Of a stretch of 55,029 nt of DNA, positions 37,470 to 46,234 are shown piece after piece. Source of the stretch: a virus (taxonomy: Duplodnaviria; Caudoviricetes); the IMG/VR virus record IMGVR_UViG_3300042569_001733, positions 1 to 55,029 of that record; one strand, given 5' to 3'. Position 1 is the first letter of the stretch, and every line of letters starts with the position of its first letter. The notes beneath the pieces are model-generated. The model saw only the letters and a list, made by a program, of their open reading frames with translations, was not told the DNA's origin and made no database searches. Position numbers and translations under genes: made by a program.

Positions 37470-38470
37470 TTATCTTCCCTGTCTTTTGTTTGTGTTAGTC
37501 GTGTTATTGCCTTGCCGTACTCTTCTTTTTGCGAGTTAAGAAATCGTCTAACATGCTGCGGGTGGGAGGTTACAGAGTAAAGATAGCTAGGTATGTCTGC
37601 GTAGATAAGTCCTTTTTCTGCAAGACGCCCTAAGGCAACTATAGGTGGACGACGCAGGGTACACCATAGATCCTCAAAACGCTCCGATGACATATCGTTT
37701 ATGTTAACGATACCCATGGTCTTCCACTTATCGGACTCGAGAGCCGTAAGTAAAAACTCGCCGGAGTTTCCATCAACAGGCATGAACGGCAGGATAGTTT
37801 CCTCGCCATATTTCTTAGTGATATTTCTTGTATCTCCTACGAGTAGTACCCTTGGAAATCTTTGTCCGATGTACTCCGGAAACTTTACTAGTTCCTGCGT
37901 GTCTTCTTGAAAAGCTTCCGCGCGGCTAATAACGTGTGACGCAAGATGAGATATGGCATCAAGTGAATCTGGAGAAGGAGTTAGGCGTCCTGCAAGTCCT
38001 GCGGAGTTTGCTGCCGCGAGCTCGTATAAACCTAAGATCTGTTCGAGCTCGTGCGCCTGTATGTAATCGTCACCGCGAGCATTAAGACGACGAGTAATAA
38101 CATCAAGAGGTTGATAGAGCCAAAATTGAGCAACACCGCGTGATTGAAGGAAAAGCTCTGTCCAACGCCAACCTGCTCTACCAAGGAGACCGTATCCGTC
38201 GCCTGTACCCGTCTCAGGGCGTTTTATAGACGCATACGTGATTTCGCCCCAATGCCAGCGATCTGCAACCGCAATACGTTGAGACCAATCTGCCTTTTCA
38301 ATAGAGGTGACGTAGTCATATAAAACCCAACGACGAGACATCTCTTCAGGCTTAGACTTATGGTAGAACTCGATTTCTTTTTTAGGAAACTTTTCGGTAA
38401 GTTGTTTTTGAACTTCAGACACTAATGTAGATTTGCCTGAGGCGTCCGTGCCTTCAATAACTATAAACAT
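37454..38470 (-). CDS. dNMP (thymidylate-like) kinase fused to a UDG-like domain
   Basis: IEGTDASGKST P-loop, DR.HWGE, RGD. C-terminus LLVGD...NSG.FL...IVALG..A...HP...R. Confidence 0.7.
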   Translation of the reverse strand: MFIVIEGTDASGKSTLVSEVQKQLTEKFPKKEIEFYHKSKPEEMSRRWVLYDYVTSIEKADWSQRIAVADRWHWGEITYASIKRPETGTGDGYGLLGRAGWRWTELFLQSRGVAQFWLYQPLDVITRRLNARGDDYIQAHELEQILGLYELAAANSAGLAGRLTPSPDSLDAISHLASHVISRAEAFQEDTQELVKFPEYIGQRFPRVLLVGDTRNITKKYGEETILPFMPVDGNSGEFLLTALESDKWKTMGIVNINDMSSERFEDLWCTLRRPPIVALGRLAEKGLIYADIPSYLYSVTSHPQHVRRFLNSQKEEYGKAITRLTQTKDREDKWILR

Positions 38471-38496
38471 CTTTTGCGTCCTTTGTCTCTAAGAAA

Positions 38497-38505
38497 ATTA
38501 TAACA
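38497..38505 (-). promoter_or_regulatory. Putative extended -10 promoter of the nucleotide-modification/replication operon
   Basis: TGTTATAAT ~27 nt upstream of ATG 38470. Confidence 0.6.
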
Positions 38506-38517
38506 CTAAAACTTGAT

Positions 38518-38988
38518 TTACGGAATAAGCTCTATCCTGTACACCGACTCAATACCCTTATCTACTTCAGAAGCGTCTTCTAGTAATCGTTGTGCAACGT
38601 TTGTTAAATAGCGAGCTCCAGATTGGTCGTATTTATACAAGGCGTCAAGTACGGGAGTTGGCTCCTCGGATACCTGTGCCCAATGACGATGTTTCTCGGG
38701 GAAGATAACTGCAACGTTACGTGTAGGACGACATTCCTCGCAAGGAAGCGCGTCATCTACCAACGCAGATAGAGGCATCTCTATAAGGCCGTATCTTTTA
38801 ACCAACTGGCACGCGGCTCCATGAAAAATTAAAGATACACCTATGCGAGAAAGAATATAGGAGCCATTGTCTGTTTTATAGAGCTTAAACTCTATCCAAC
38901 GGTATGTTCCAGAGCGCCAGGAAGAAGACTCCGCAAGAAGTTTTCCGCTAAACTGTAGGGTCCGCGAGCCGTCCTTTACCTCATGCAC
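38518..38988 (-). CDS. Hypothetical protein
   Basis: ORF with a probable GTG start at 38988 after GGAG. Contains H..AC and CEEC. Confidence 0.65.
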   Translation of the reverse strand: MHEVKDGSRTLQFSGKLLAESSSWRSGTYRWIEFKLYKTDNGSYILSRIGVSLIFHGAACQLVKRYGLIEMPLSALVDDALPCEECRPTRNVAVIFPEKHRHWAQVSEEPTPVLDALYKYDQSGARYLTNVAQRLLEDASEVDKGIESVYRIELIP

Positions 38989-39169
38989 TCGTTGGCTCTC
39001 CTTCAATCTTCTTGATGTTATCGCCATTGACTATATTAAGTACATCTTGAAGCTGAGTTAGATCTGCACGAATAGACGCGATAGCGCTTTCGTACTGCAT
39101 GGCCATCTCACCGATGCGCTGTTGAAGCGCGATGATGATTAGCTCATCCTTAGTCTTTGGCTTGTCCAT
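38981..39169 (-). CDS. Small coiled-coil protein
   Basis: AAGGA RBS and a heptad pattern. Confidence 0.6.
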   Translation of the reverse strand: MDKPKTKDELIIIALQQRIGEMAMQYESAIASIRADLTQLQDVLNIVNGDNIKKIEGEPTSA

Positions 39170-39199
39170 TAAGTAAACGTCCTTGTCGTAGGTTAGTTG

Positions 39200-39418
39200 T
39201 TAGGAAAGAGCTGTGATCTGTGCTTCTAAGGCTACAATCTGCGCGTCTGCCTCTGCGATAGTTGCGTTAGCGTCTGATATCTTAGTAGCAGAAGGGTTTG
39301 ATGTAGCGTTTTCCTCGATGATAACTAACTCTGCGTTAAACTTATTATAGTTAATGTTTTTAATATGTGAGTTGACAACCGCGATTTTATCTGCTGCGGT
39401 TAGGTCGTAGTCTGCCAT
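39200..39418 (-). CDS. Small coiled-coil protein
   Basis: AAGGAG RBS. Weak similarity to the upstream gene (Y.(L/I)(T/S)..(D/E)KI.(V/I)(V/I).S). Confidence 0.65.
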   Translation of the reverse strand: MADYDLTAADKIAVVNSHIKNINYNKFNAELVIIEENATSNPSATKISDANATIAEADAQIVALEAQITALS

Positions 39419-39488
39419 TGTGTCTCCTTGCGTCCATTTAGCGTCCTTGTAACGCTAAATTGTATAACATTTACTGCTGTATTGCGTG

Positions 39489-39695
39489 CTATTCTACTAC
39501 AGTTTCTTTAAAGTTTTCTAGAGCAATTATTATGTTTTTATAATTAACTAGATGTTCTTCTAGTTGAATTCTAATTTGGATGTCTTCTTCCTGTGCTAGA
39601 TCATATTCTATAGTTTCTTTCATACCGATCATACAAGAAAGCTTGCTTTGAATTATATCTATCTTTTCTTGCTTAGAAATAACGTATTCTTTCAT
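39489..39695 (-). CDS. Small coiled-coil protein
   Basis: Starts 2 nt after the fibre gene stop. Confidence 0.55.
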   Translation of the reverse strand: MKEYVISKQEKIDIIQSKLSCMIGMKETIEYDLAQEEDIQIRIQLEEHLVNYKNIIIALENFKETVVE

Positions 39696-39697
39696 AC

Positions 39698-41158
39698 TTA
39701 GCCTACCGCCGTATTGTACGCGCCAGTGCCAATGGAGTTTACTGCCGCAACGGAGACCCTAATCCATGTTGCAGCCGTTCCAGTTACTCTTCCGTAGATC
39801 GTTTTTGGAGTTGTAGCATTCGCAGTTGTAAACGGGCTTGATGCGGTATAGGCCCCAGAATAAGTTCCACCTGCTGAAGTGCTTATTGAGGTAGTTGACG
39901 CAATCCAAGGGCCAGTGCTGCTTCCAGCACGCTCAACAAACACTTTATAGCTTGTTATCGTTGCACCGCCGTTTGAGGAAGGGGCAGACCACGTCGCGTT
40001 CCAAGAAAGCGTAGAGCCCGAGAGTAAAGAGGTCGCCGTGAAGGAAGTAACAAGGCCAGGCACAGTTGCAGAAGTTATAGGTCCAATTTCTTGACCAGCT
40101 GCATACGCAGACGTGCCACCGGCATTAGTTGCAGACGCATATGATCTTAGATACAGCTGCCCGCTGTTATAGTCTGCCTGAGTTATTTGGTAGGTGTCGC
40201 TTATAGCGCTTCCTGCAAAGGCAACTACTGTCTCTGTCATAAGAACTCCCGCGGTGCCACGATATAGTCTTAAATCATAGCCTGTAGGAGAGTAGTCCCA
40301 AGATCCAACTCCAAAAGTTACAATGCTTCCTACAGATAAATTTCCACTAGTTGTTGGCATACTTGTATTTACTGGGACTAAAACAGGAGCAACTGCCGGC
40401 CCTACCTGCGTAGAGCTAACTTCCGTAGAAGTTCCAGCGGAGTTAGTAGCGGTAGCAAACGCCTTAAAGAATTTTGTAGCGTCGTCTTGTACAATAGTAT
40501 ACGTCCCAGACGCGCTAGACGTTGAAGCTCTAAGAGGGTCGCTAGTTAACACGGGGTTTGTTCCGTTATAAAGTCTTAGACTGTAGCTCGTCGGTGAGAA
40601 AGACCAGCCTGTAGTTGAAAAAGTTATAATGCTTCCAACATTGTAGTTTCCTGTATTTGTAGATATTGAAACTGTTCCGCCTGAAGGCACAGCTGATACG
40701 GACACCGATGTACTTGTTGAGGTTGCGGAGGTAGAGTACGTAGAGTTCACCGCGGTTACGACAAAACGATAATACGAGATAGGAGCGGGAAAGTCTGAAG
40801 GTGTGAGCACGTAGGTTACGGTGTTTGAAGATCCTACAGAAGGGTTGGCGATAGACGTTGCAGAGCCTATGTTTGTAAAGTTAACGTTATCGGAAGACTT
40901 TTGAAAGACATAGGTTAAGGACGTAGAGTTAGCCCATCTAAAGTTAGTGCCGGTAAGAGTTGAAGGGTACGTTGCGTTGTTGCGAGAGATAGTTACCCTT
41001 AACGCGATTGAAGGAGTAAGAGCAGAGGTAAAAAAAGTACGCCATGTGCCTGAAACCTTTACATAGCCTGTACTTACAGTTCTCCATGTTCCAGAAACTT
41101 TTACATACAAATTTGTAAGAGTTCTCCATGATCCAGCTGACTTAACATGCCCAGTCAT
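39698..41158 (-). CDS. Tail fibre / receptor-binding protein with Ig- and FnIII-like domains
   Basis: N-terminal YVKVSGTWR repeats, repeated ATATNSAG-type Ig modules, and WSAPSSNGGATITSY...VAAVN..G (FnIII). Confidence 0.75.
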   Translation of the reverse strand: MTGHVKSAGSWRTLTNLYVKVSGTWRTVSTGYVKVSGTWRTFFTSALTPSIALRVTISRNNATYPSTLTGTNFRWANSTSLTYVFQKSSDNVNFTNIGSATSIANPSVGSSNTVTYVLTPSDFPAPISYYRFVVTAVNSTYSTSATSTSTSVSVSAVPSGGTVSISTNTGNYNVGSIITFSTTGWSFSPTSYSLRLYNGTNPVLTSDPLRASTSSASGTYTIVQDDATKFFKAFATATNSAGTSTEVSSTQVGPAVAPVLVPVNTSMPTTSGNLSVGSIVTFGVGSWDYSPTGYDLRLYRGTAGVLMTETVVAFAGSAISDTYQITQADYNSGQLYLRSYASATNAGGTSAYAAGQEIGPITSATVPGLVTSFTATSLLSGSTLSWNATWSAPSSNGGATITSYKVFVERAGSSTGPWIASTTSISTSAGGTYSGAYTASSPFTTANATTPKTIYGRVTGTAATWIRVSVAAVNSIGTGAYNTAVG

Positions 41159-41159
41159 C

Positions 41160-42593
41160 TTATGACCACCTTAACCATACGTCTCCGTTGCCACCGTCGA
41201 GCGCGTCACTTGGTGCAGAGGATGATGCAAAAGTGTTTCTTAGCGAGCCGGAGACACCGCTGGTGTTGCTTCCACTTGATTGAAGATACGGCGCGTTAGC
41301 AAGAGTTATAGAGTTGTACGCACCCGCTAAAATTACAGCCCCTGCATAAGCCATCGTTAGCATTGAGTCGCCTGACTGCATAACAACACCCTCAGCTACG
41401 GCTGTTATTCTGCCAATTTCTGATCCGCTTACGTTAAAGAAAATTGAATTACCAGTGCCTGATGGAGCTAGCGCAAGACCTGTGCCACTTGGATAATTTG
41501 TAGACGTAAAAGTAGAACCTTTTACCTCACCTGTAAATACCGCTGTGCCAGTGTTAAGGATAGACACTGTTGCTACAGATCCGTTATACGCAAAGAAGCC
41601 GCTAGAGTTTATTTCAATGCGAGGTGTAAATCCACCTGTGCCAGAAGCCGTGGCGCTCGTTGTAATTTTTACCGTACCGGCGACGTCTAAGTACCCAGTT
41701 GTAATTTTTCCGGCGTCAAGGTTGGCGATTACCGCGTTCCCAATTGGAGCAGACGTCCATGATGTGCCACCGGCACCTACATATTGTCCTACAACAACTC
41801 CACCAGAGTACTGCCACCAGATATCTCCAGCGGTGTTAGCCGTGCTGCCCGGCGCGGCAGTGTCATAGTAAACTTTATTTTTGCCGTTCGCTGTTGACTG
41901 CGCGGTGGAAATTGCACCATCTTGCGCAGAAACCCACGCGGTTCCACTATACCTATACAGCTTATTTCCGTCGTTAGTATCTATCCAAAGATCACCAACG
42001 TTGTACGCACCGCCGGTAGGTTCATTGTCCTGCACATACGTTTTTGCCTTACCATCAGCCGTAGCCTGCGCTGCTGCCGAGTCTTGCGACAATACCCAGT
42101 CGGTGCCGTCCCAGGCGTAAAGTTTATCATTATCATTTGTATCAATCCAGATGTCGCCGACTTCATACGCCGTGCCCGCTGGTTCGTTATCTTGGTAATA
42201 GACAGCGCTTTTAGAATCTGCAGCTGCCTGTGCAGCCGGATCAGTTATAGTTACAAAAGCTGAAACATCTTCACTGTAAACTTTCTGTGCACCTGTGTCA
42301 GGGTCAACTACAGTCGTTCCTTCTTTTACGATAGCAGGATCTGTATCAGAAACTACGGTAACTCCAAAAGCTGCCTCATTCGCTGTTACAGCGTCAGTTG
42401 CGATATTTTCTGTTTCAACCGCGTCAACTTGAATTACCTTCGTTGTTACCGCGCGATAGCCAAGCTTCTCAGTTGTTACAACGTTTGCCTTAAGACGTTT
42501 TGCACCAGGTCGTTTTTCAACACGACGAACGCGACGCTCAACGTCAACTATAACCTTGCCGATACTCTTACGGCGTCTACGTCTACTGGCCAA
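41160..42593 (-). CDS. Minor tail protein / fibre
   Basis: Repeated QDNEP.G..Y.VGD.WIDTND modules, IANLDAGKITTG, C-terminal GDVW. GGAGG RBS favours TTG 42593. Confidence 0.75.
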   Translation of the reverse strand: MASRRRRRKSIGKVIVDVERRVRRVEKRPGAKRLKANVVTTEKLGYRAVTTKVIQVDAVETENIATDAVTANEAAFGVTVVSDTDPAIVKEGTTVVDPDTGAQKVYSEDVSAFVTITDPAAQAAADSKSAVYYQDNEPAGTAYEVGDIWIDTNDNDKLYAWDGTDWVLSQDSAAAQATADGKAKTYVQDNEPTGGAYNVGDLWIDTNDGNKLYRYSGTAWVSAQDGAISTAQSTANGKNKVYYDTAAPGSTANTAGDIWWQYSGGVVVGQYVGAGGTSWTSAPIGNAVIANLDAGKITTGYLDVAGTVKITTSATASGTGGFTPRIEINSSGFFAYNGSVATVSILNTGTAVFTGEVKGSTFTSTNYPSGTGLALAPSGTGNSIFFNVSGSEIGRITAVAEGVVMQSGDSMLTMAYAGAVILAGAYNSITLANAPYLQSSGSNTSGVSGSLRNTFASSSAPSDALDGGNGDVWLRWS

Positions 42594-44550
42594 TCTTGTC
42601 AACCTCCGGCTCTGTAACTAGTAGCAATTCAGTTTCTTCTGGGAAACTTGGTGTATCAGGAACTGATACCTTAAATCCTTCGATCTTACGAACGATTACC
42701 GTATCACGAACCTCAAGGTCACTTGCAAGACGCATTCTTACAAACTCATCTTCAACAATAATCGAGCACCAGTCTCCTGGAACAAACTCTCCGATCTTAG
42801 GAGATAAAGATCCGTTAACTTTTACCTTGATGTCTGAGATAGGAGGGCGTGACTCCGCAAGGTAGCGTTGCGCGTGAGCATACAAGGCAGACTCTTCAGA
42901 CTCCTCGCTTCTTGTCTCCTCTGCATCAAGGATAGGCCAGCCTGCTAATAAAAGATCAGTTGCAGACGCAACCGCGTACGGTTGGCTGATGTCATCGCCA
43001 AGATCTGGGATATTTCCAACAACAAAGAAACGCGTTGCCGAGTCCTCGGCAGACTCTTCCATCGTCACGTCAATAATACTTCCAGGATACTCGAATACAA
43101 GCTGGTCTGCTCCGTAGCGACTTGGAGGAGATACCTCTCCTTCCGCAGGAGGGTTTGGATAGTCAATAGGTAGTAAAACAAACGTGCGTGTAAACGTAGG
43201 TATGTCTCCTATATACACAAGATCACAGTCAATACGATACTCAAAGCCGTCTACAGTGTCAGAGTACTCGTCGAGTTCTTCACCAACTGAGCGAAGCTCA
43301 AATCCGCGATATGGATTATTTGGCACGTTCTTTCCGCTATACTCATCTGTTGAATACGAGATATCAATGTCAGAGTTTCCAGGAAACGGTCCGTATGTTC
43401 CGACGTTCGCAGTTGATTGAACAACAGCCGTTCCGCCAGTTACCGCCGTAGCAACCATGTCGCTATCTGCAACGTATACCCTAAACGTAGTTGCGCTTGG
43501 AATATCTACAATTTGGTACTCGCCGTCAAACACAATGATAAGAGAGGCAGGATCATCTACACCGCTAAGCACAACCGTGTCATATTGCGCGAAGCCGTGA
43601 GAGCTGCTTGTAGTAATAGTTGCGGTGAAGTCCGCGATAGACTTAGACGTTACTGTTTTAGTTATATTTTTTACCGAGGATGTTAATGATGATGCAACAG
43701 TAAACGTAGTATCGCTAGGCACCGACGTTACATCCCACAAACCGTCTAGTCCAGCAGACACGTTATAGATCTCTGTTGTTTGAGTAGGTATCAGCCCATG
43801 TGCAGATGCGGTAGTAACTGTAGTAATACTTGACGGCGCGGTAATAGATGTAATTCGTAAGCTATTAGTAAGCGCCGGCTCAATGTCTGTGTTAGGAAAT
43901 GTTATATCGCTAAAGTCTACAAGAATCTCATCGAGCAGCTGGCGTACGTAGTCGTATGTATCAACGCGCGCGTAGACCGTCACACCGACGTATGTTCCGT
44001 TAGGCACGGATGTTCCGGTGATGGTGAATGTTATATTTGTAGGAGAGGAGGCAATTACGTAATATGCGTTATACACAAAGTCAGAAACCTCTGGAAATAT
44101 AAGACGAACAGACGAGCCTACAGGGAAGTCGTACTCTAAGGCTTCTAGAGTTGCAGTTAGAGTTCCGCCTGACGCAACAACGGTTGCGCCAAAGTCGTGC
44201 GTCCATGTCTTCCAGATATTACGGTGGAAGAAGTAGCTGGTAAACTCTGATGCGCTGACACTTAGTTCACGGTCAACGACATTGTAGTTACGGTTCCAGA
44301 TAATTCCGCCCCACACACACTCGCTATCACGCACAACGTAGAGTCCTGTTTTTCCAGGCATGGTGCTTTCATACAAGTTCATCGAGGCTGTCTCCGGGAT
44401 AACCGGTATGTTTCCGCCAAAGCTGCCCGCTGCCTTGATAGATCTTTCAAAGGAAACTCCTTTGAAAGGAATTTCTGCAAGTACCTGATTCGTTAAAAGA
44501 TCAGTAGTAAAGTACCTATATACGGCTGCGTCTGATTGATACAGTGCCAT
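42583..44550 (-). CDS. Minor tail (Tal / baseplate hub-like) protein with inserted beta-domains
   Basis: Lies after Dit. N-terminal WGGIIW.R and C-terminal PGDW...R.I.G..V patterns. Confidence 0.75.
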   Translation of the reverse strand: MALYQSDAAVYRYFTTDLLTNQVLAEIPFKGVSFERSIKAAGSFGGNIPVIPETASMNLYESTMPGKTGLYVVRDSECVWGGIIWNRNYNVVDRELSVSASEFTSYFFHRNIWKTWTHDFGATVVASGGTLTATLEALEYDFPVGSSVRLIFPEVSDFVYNAYYVIASSPTNITFTITGTSVPNGTYVGVTVYARVDTYDYVRQLLDEILVDFSDITFPNTDIEPALTNSLRITSITAPSSITTVTTASAHGLIPTQTTEIYNVSAGLDGLWDVTSVPSDTTFTVASSLTSSVKNITKTVTSKSIADFTATITTSSSHGFAQYDTVVLSGVDDPASLIIVFDGEYQIVDIPSATTFRVYVADSDMVATAVTGGTAVVQSTANVGTYGPFPGNSDIDISYSTDEYSGKNVPNNPYRGFELRSVGEELDEYSDTVDGFEYRIDCDLVYIGDIPTFTRTFVLLPIDYPNPPAEGEVSPPSRYGADQLVFEYPGSIIDVTMEESAEDSATRFFVVGNIPDLGDDISQPYAVASATDLLLAGWPILDAEETRSEESEESALYAHAQRYLAESRPPISDIKVKVNGSLSPKIGEFVPGDWCSIIVEDEFVRMRLASDLEVRDTVIVRKIEGFKVSVPDTPSFPEETELLLVTEPEVDKIGQ

Positions 44551-44595
44551 GGGTTATACCTCACTAAGTAGATTCGTCGTTAAACACATTGTATA

Positions 44596-46233
44596 CTATC
44601 CAAGCCATGCAGAGCGGTAATACACCGTTAAAGATGCAGAGCTTGTTAGGTCGCCTTCATCGTAAAAACTAAATACGTTTGCGCCAGGAGCTAAGAGTGT
44701 CCACTCTGCAAGAACGTCAATAAGACTGCGCTTACCGACCGCGTCTCCGTTAAGCGCAACCTCGTGGTCACGCGTATCAATTTCAAGAATATCTGCGCTA
44801 GATGTAATTGTTCCAGATGAAGCTACTGATACTACGTTGGTAGCTGTTTTAGCGTAGGTAAGCGTAGTTGTTGTTGGCACAGTTAATATCGTAAAGGTGC
44901 CGTTAAATGTTGCGTGAACGCCAGATACAACTACCACATCACCCGCAAGAAGCCCGTGAGCAGCCGAGGTTGTAAGCGTTGCAATGTTGTCTGTTAAAGC
45001 CCTGTTAGAAACGGTAGGTGTCAGGACTCCGCGCAACGCGCCAATGATGGTGATAGACTCGTTAGTTGTCTCGTTAAGGATAGTTGCAGGACCAGTAAGA
45101 GGGCCGGTAACCTCAAAAATAACAGGCGAATATGCGTTTCCTGTATTTGTAACCGTGCCTGTTCCAGATCCGGGAGTTCCCGAATCTTCTCCTGCAATCG
45201 TCACCGCACGATAGCCTAGTTCGTTTCCTTCGTACCACTCGTACTTAAGAGGGTCTGGTGCACGTAGTCCGATAGAAAACTCTGTGCGTCCACGAGCGTT
45301 TACAGTTTGAATATCTGGTTGACCAGATAAACGAACGAACGAAGCCTTGGTAGGATTTTCATTTGTCTTCAACCATCCGCCAACGTATACAAGATCTGTC
45401 TCTTGGATAAGCTTATCTCTTGACACTGGAATTAGCGATGGGTCTGGAGTAAGAAAGACTCCATTAAGTGTAATTTGGCGAGCTTGATAGCGTCCGCGCA
45501 CATCGTAGGATCCGTCTCCCCAACCGCGAGGAATATCACGTACCTCCGGCTCAGGATGAACCCACCAACCTTCAATATCCGTGCATACCCAGACAACGCC
45601 GTTTTCATCTACCGTGTTAAGAATAAGACTTCCGATTGAAACGTCAGCGTTAAGCTGCATTCCTGTGATCTTAGGGATAGGTAGTGGAGTAAGCCCAAGG
45701 TTGACGTACTTGTTTTCAGTTGCCTGCGTTACGTCGTCAAAATACTCGCCGACGTAGGATGCGGCCTCAAAGATAAAAGCATCTGCGTAGAATTTCTTAC
45801 TAACCGTGCCAGCCAACGGTTGAACAATCGAGATTAGCGCTCCAAGGGCTAATGCAGGCGCGGTCATTACACCCATTAGTCTTATCCAGTCATCGCCTGG
45901 AGTGTTCTCTAGACTGATTGTGGAGGTCGTGGAGATAAGGCTACCACCGCTTAGGGCAGTGTACCAGCCGACGTTAATTTGAAAGGCACCGGTTTCTTCT
46001 CCCGCAGGGACCTTTACGTATCCGGCAACCGCATACGAGGTAGCGGCGGAGACAGAGATGCGAGATGCAATCACCGCACCTGAGTTTACGGCCGCGGCCT
46101 TCGTAATTTCTAGGCAGGAGGAGCCAAAGAACGCGTCGGTGGTAATACGAGTAATCGTTGAAGATCCTGTGGCAGACCAACCTGTTGTGTCTGTCTTAAA
46201 TGAAGGGTTGACGATTAAGTTATTTCTCGCCAT
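44596..46233 (-). CDS. Distal tail protein (Dit) with an N-terminal CBM-like domain
   Basis: Follows the tape measure. NLIVNPSF...GW CBM-like start, then R.ITL.G, APDP.KY, NTGN...P, L.PG.N. Confidence 0.8.
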   Translation of the reverse strand: MARNNLIVNPSFKTDTTGWSATGSSTITRITTDAFFGSSCLEITKAAAVNSGAVIASRISVSAATSYAVAGYVKVPAGEETGAFQINVGWYTALSGGSLISTTSTISLENTPGDDWIRLMGVMTAPALALGALISIVQPLAGTVSKKFYADAFIFEAASYVGEYFDDVTQATENKYVNLGLTPLPIPKITGMQLNADVSIGSLILNTVDENGVVWVCTDIEGWWVHPEPEVRDIPRGWGDGSYDVRGRYQARQITLNGVFLTPDPSLIPVSRDKLIQETDLVYVGGWLKTNENPTKASFVRLSGQPDIQTVNARGRTEFSIGLRAPDPLKYEWYEGNELGYRAVTIAGEDSGTPGSGTGTVTNTGNAYSPVIFEVTGPLTGPATILNETTNESITIIGALRGVLTPTVSNRALTDNIATLTTSAAHGLLAGDVVVVSGVHATFNGTFTILTVPTTTTLTYAKTATNVVSVASSGTITSSADILEIDTRDHEVALNGDAVGKRSLIDVLAEWTLLAPGANVFSFYDEGDLTSSASLTVYYRSAWLG

Positions 46234-46234
46234 G

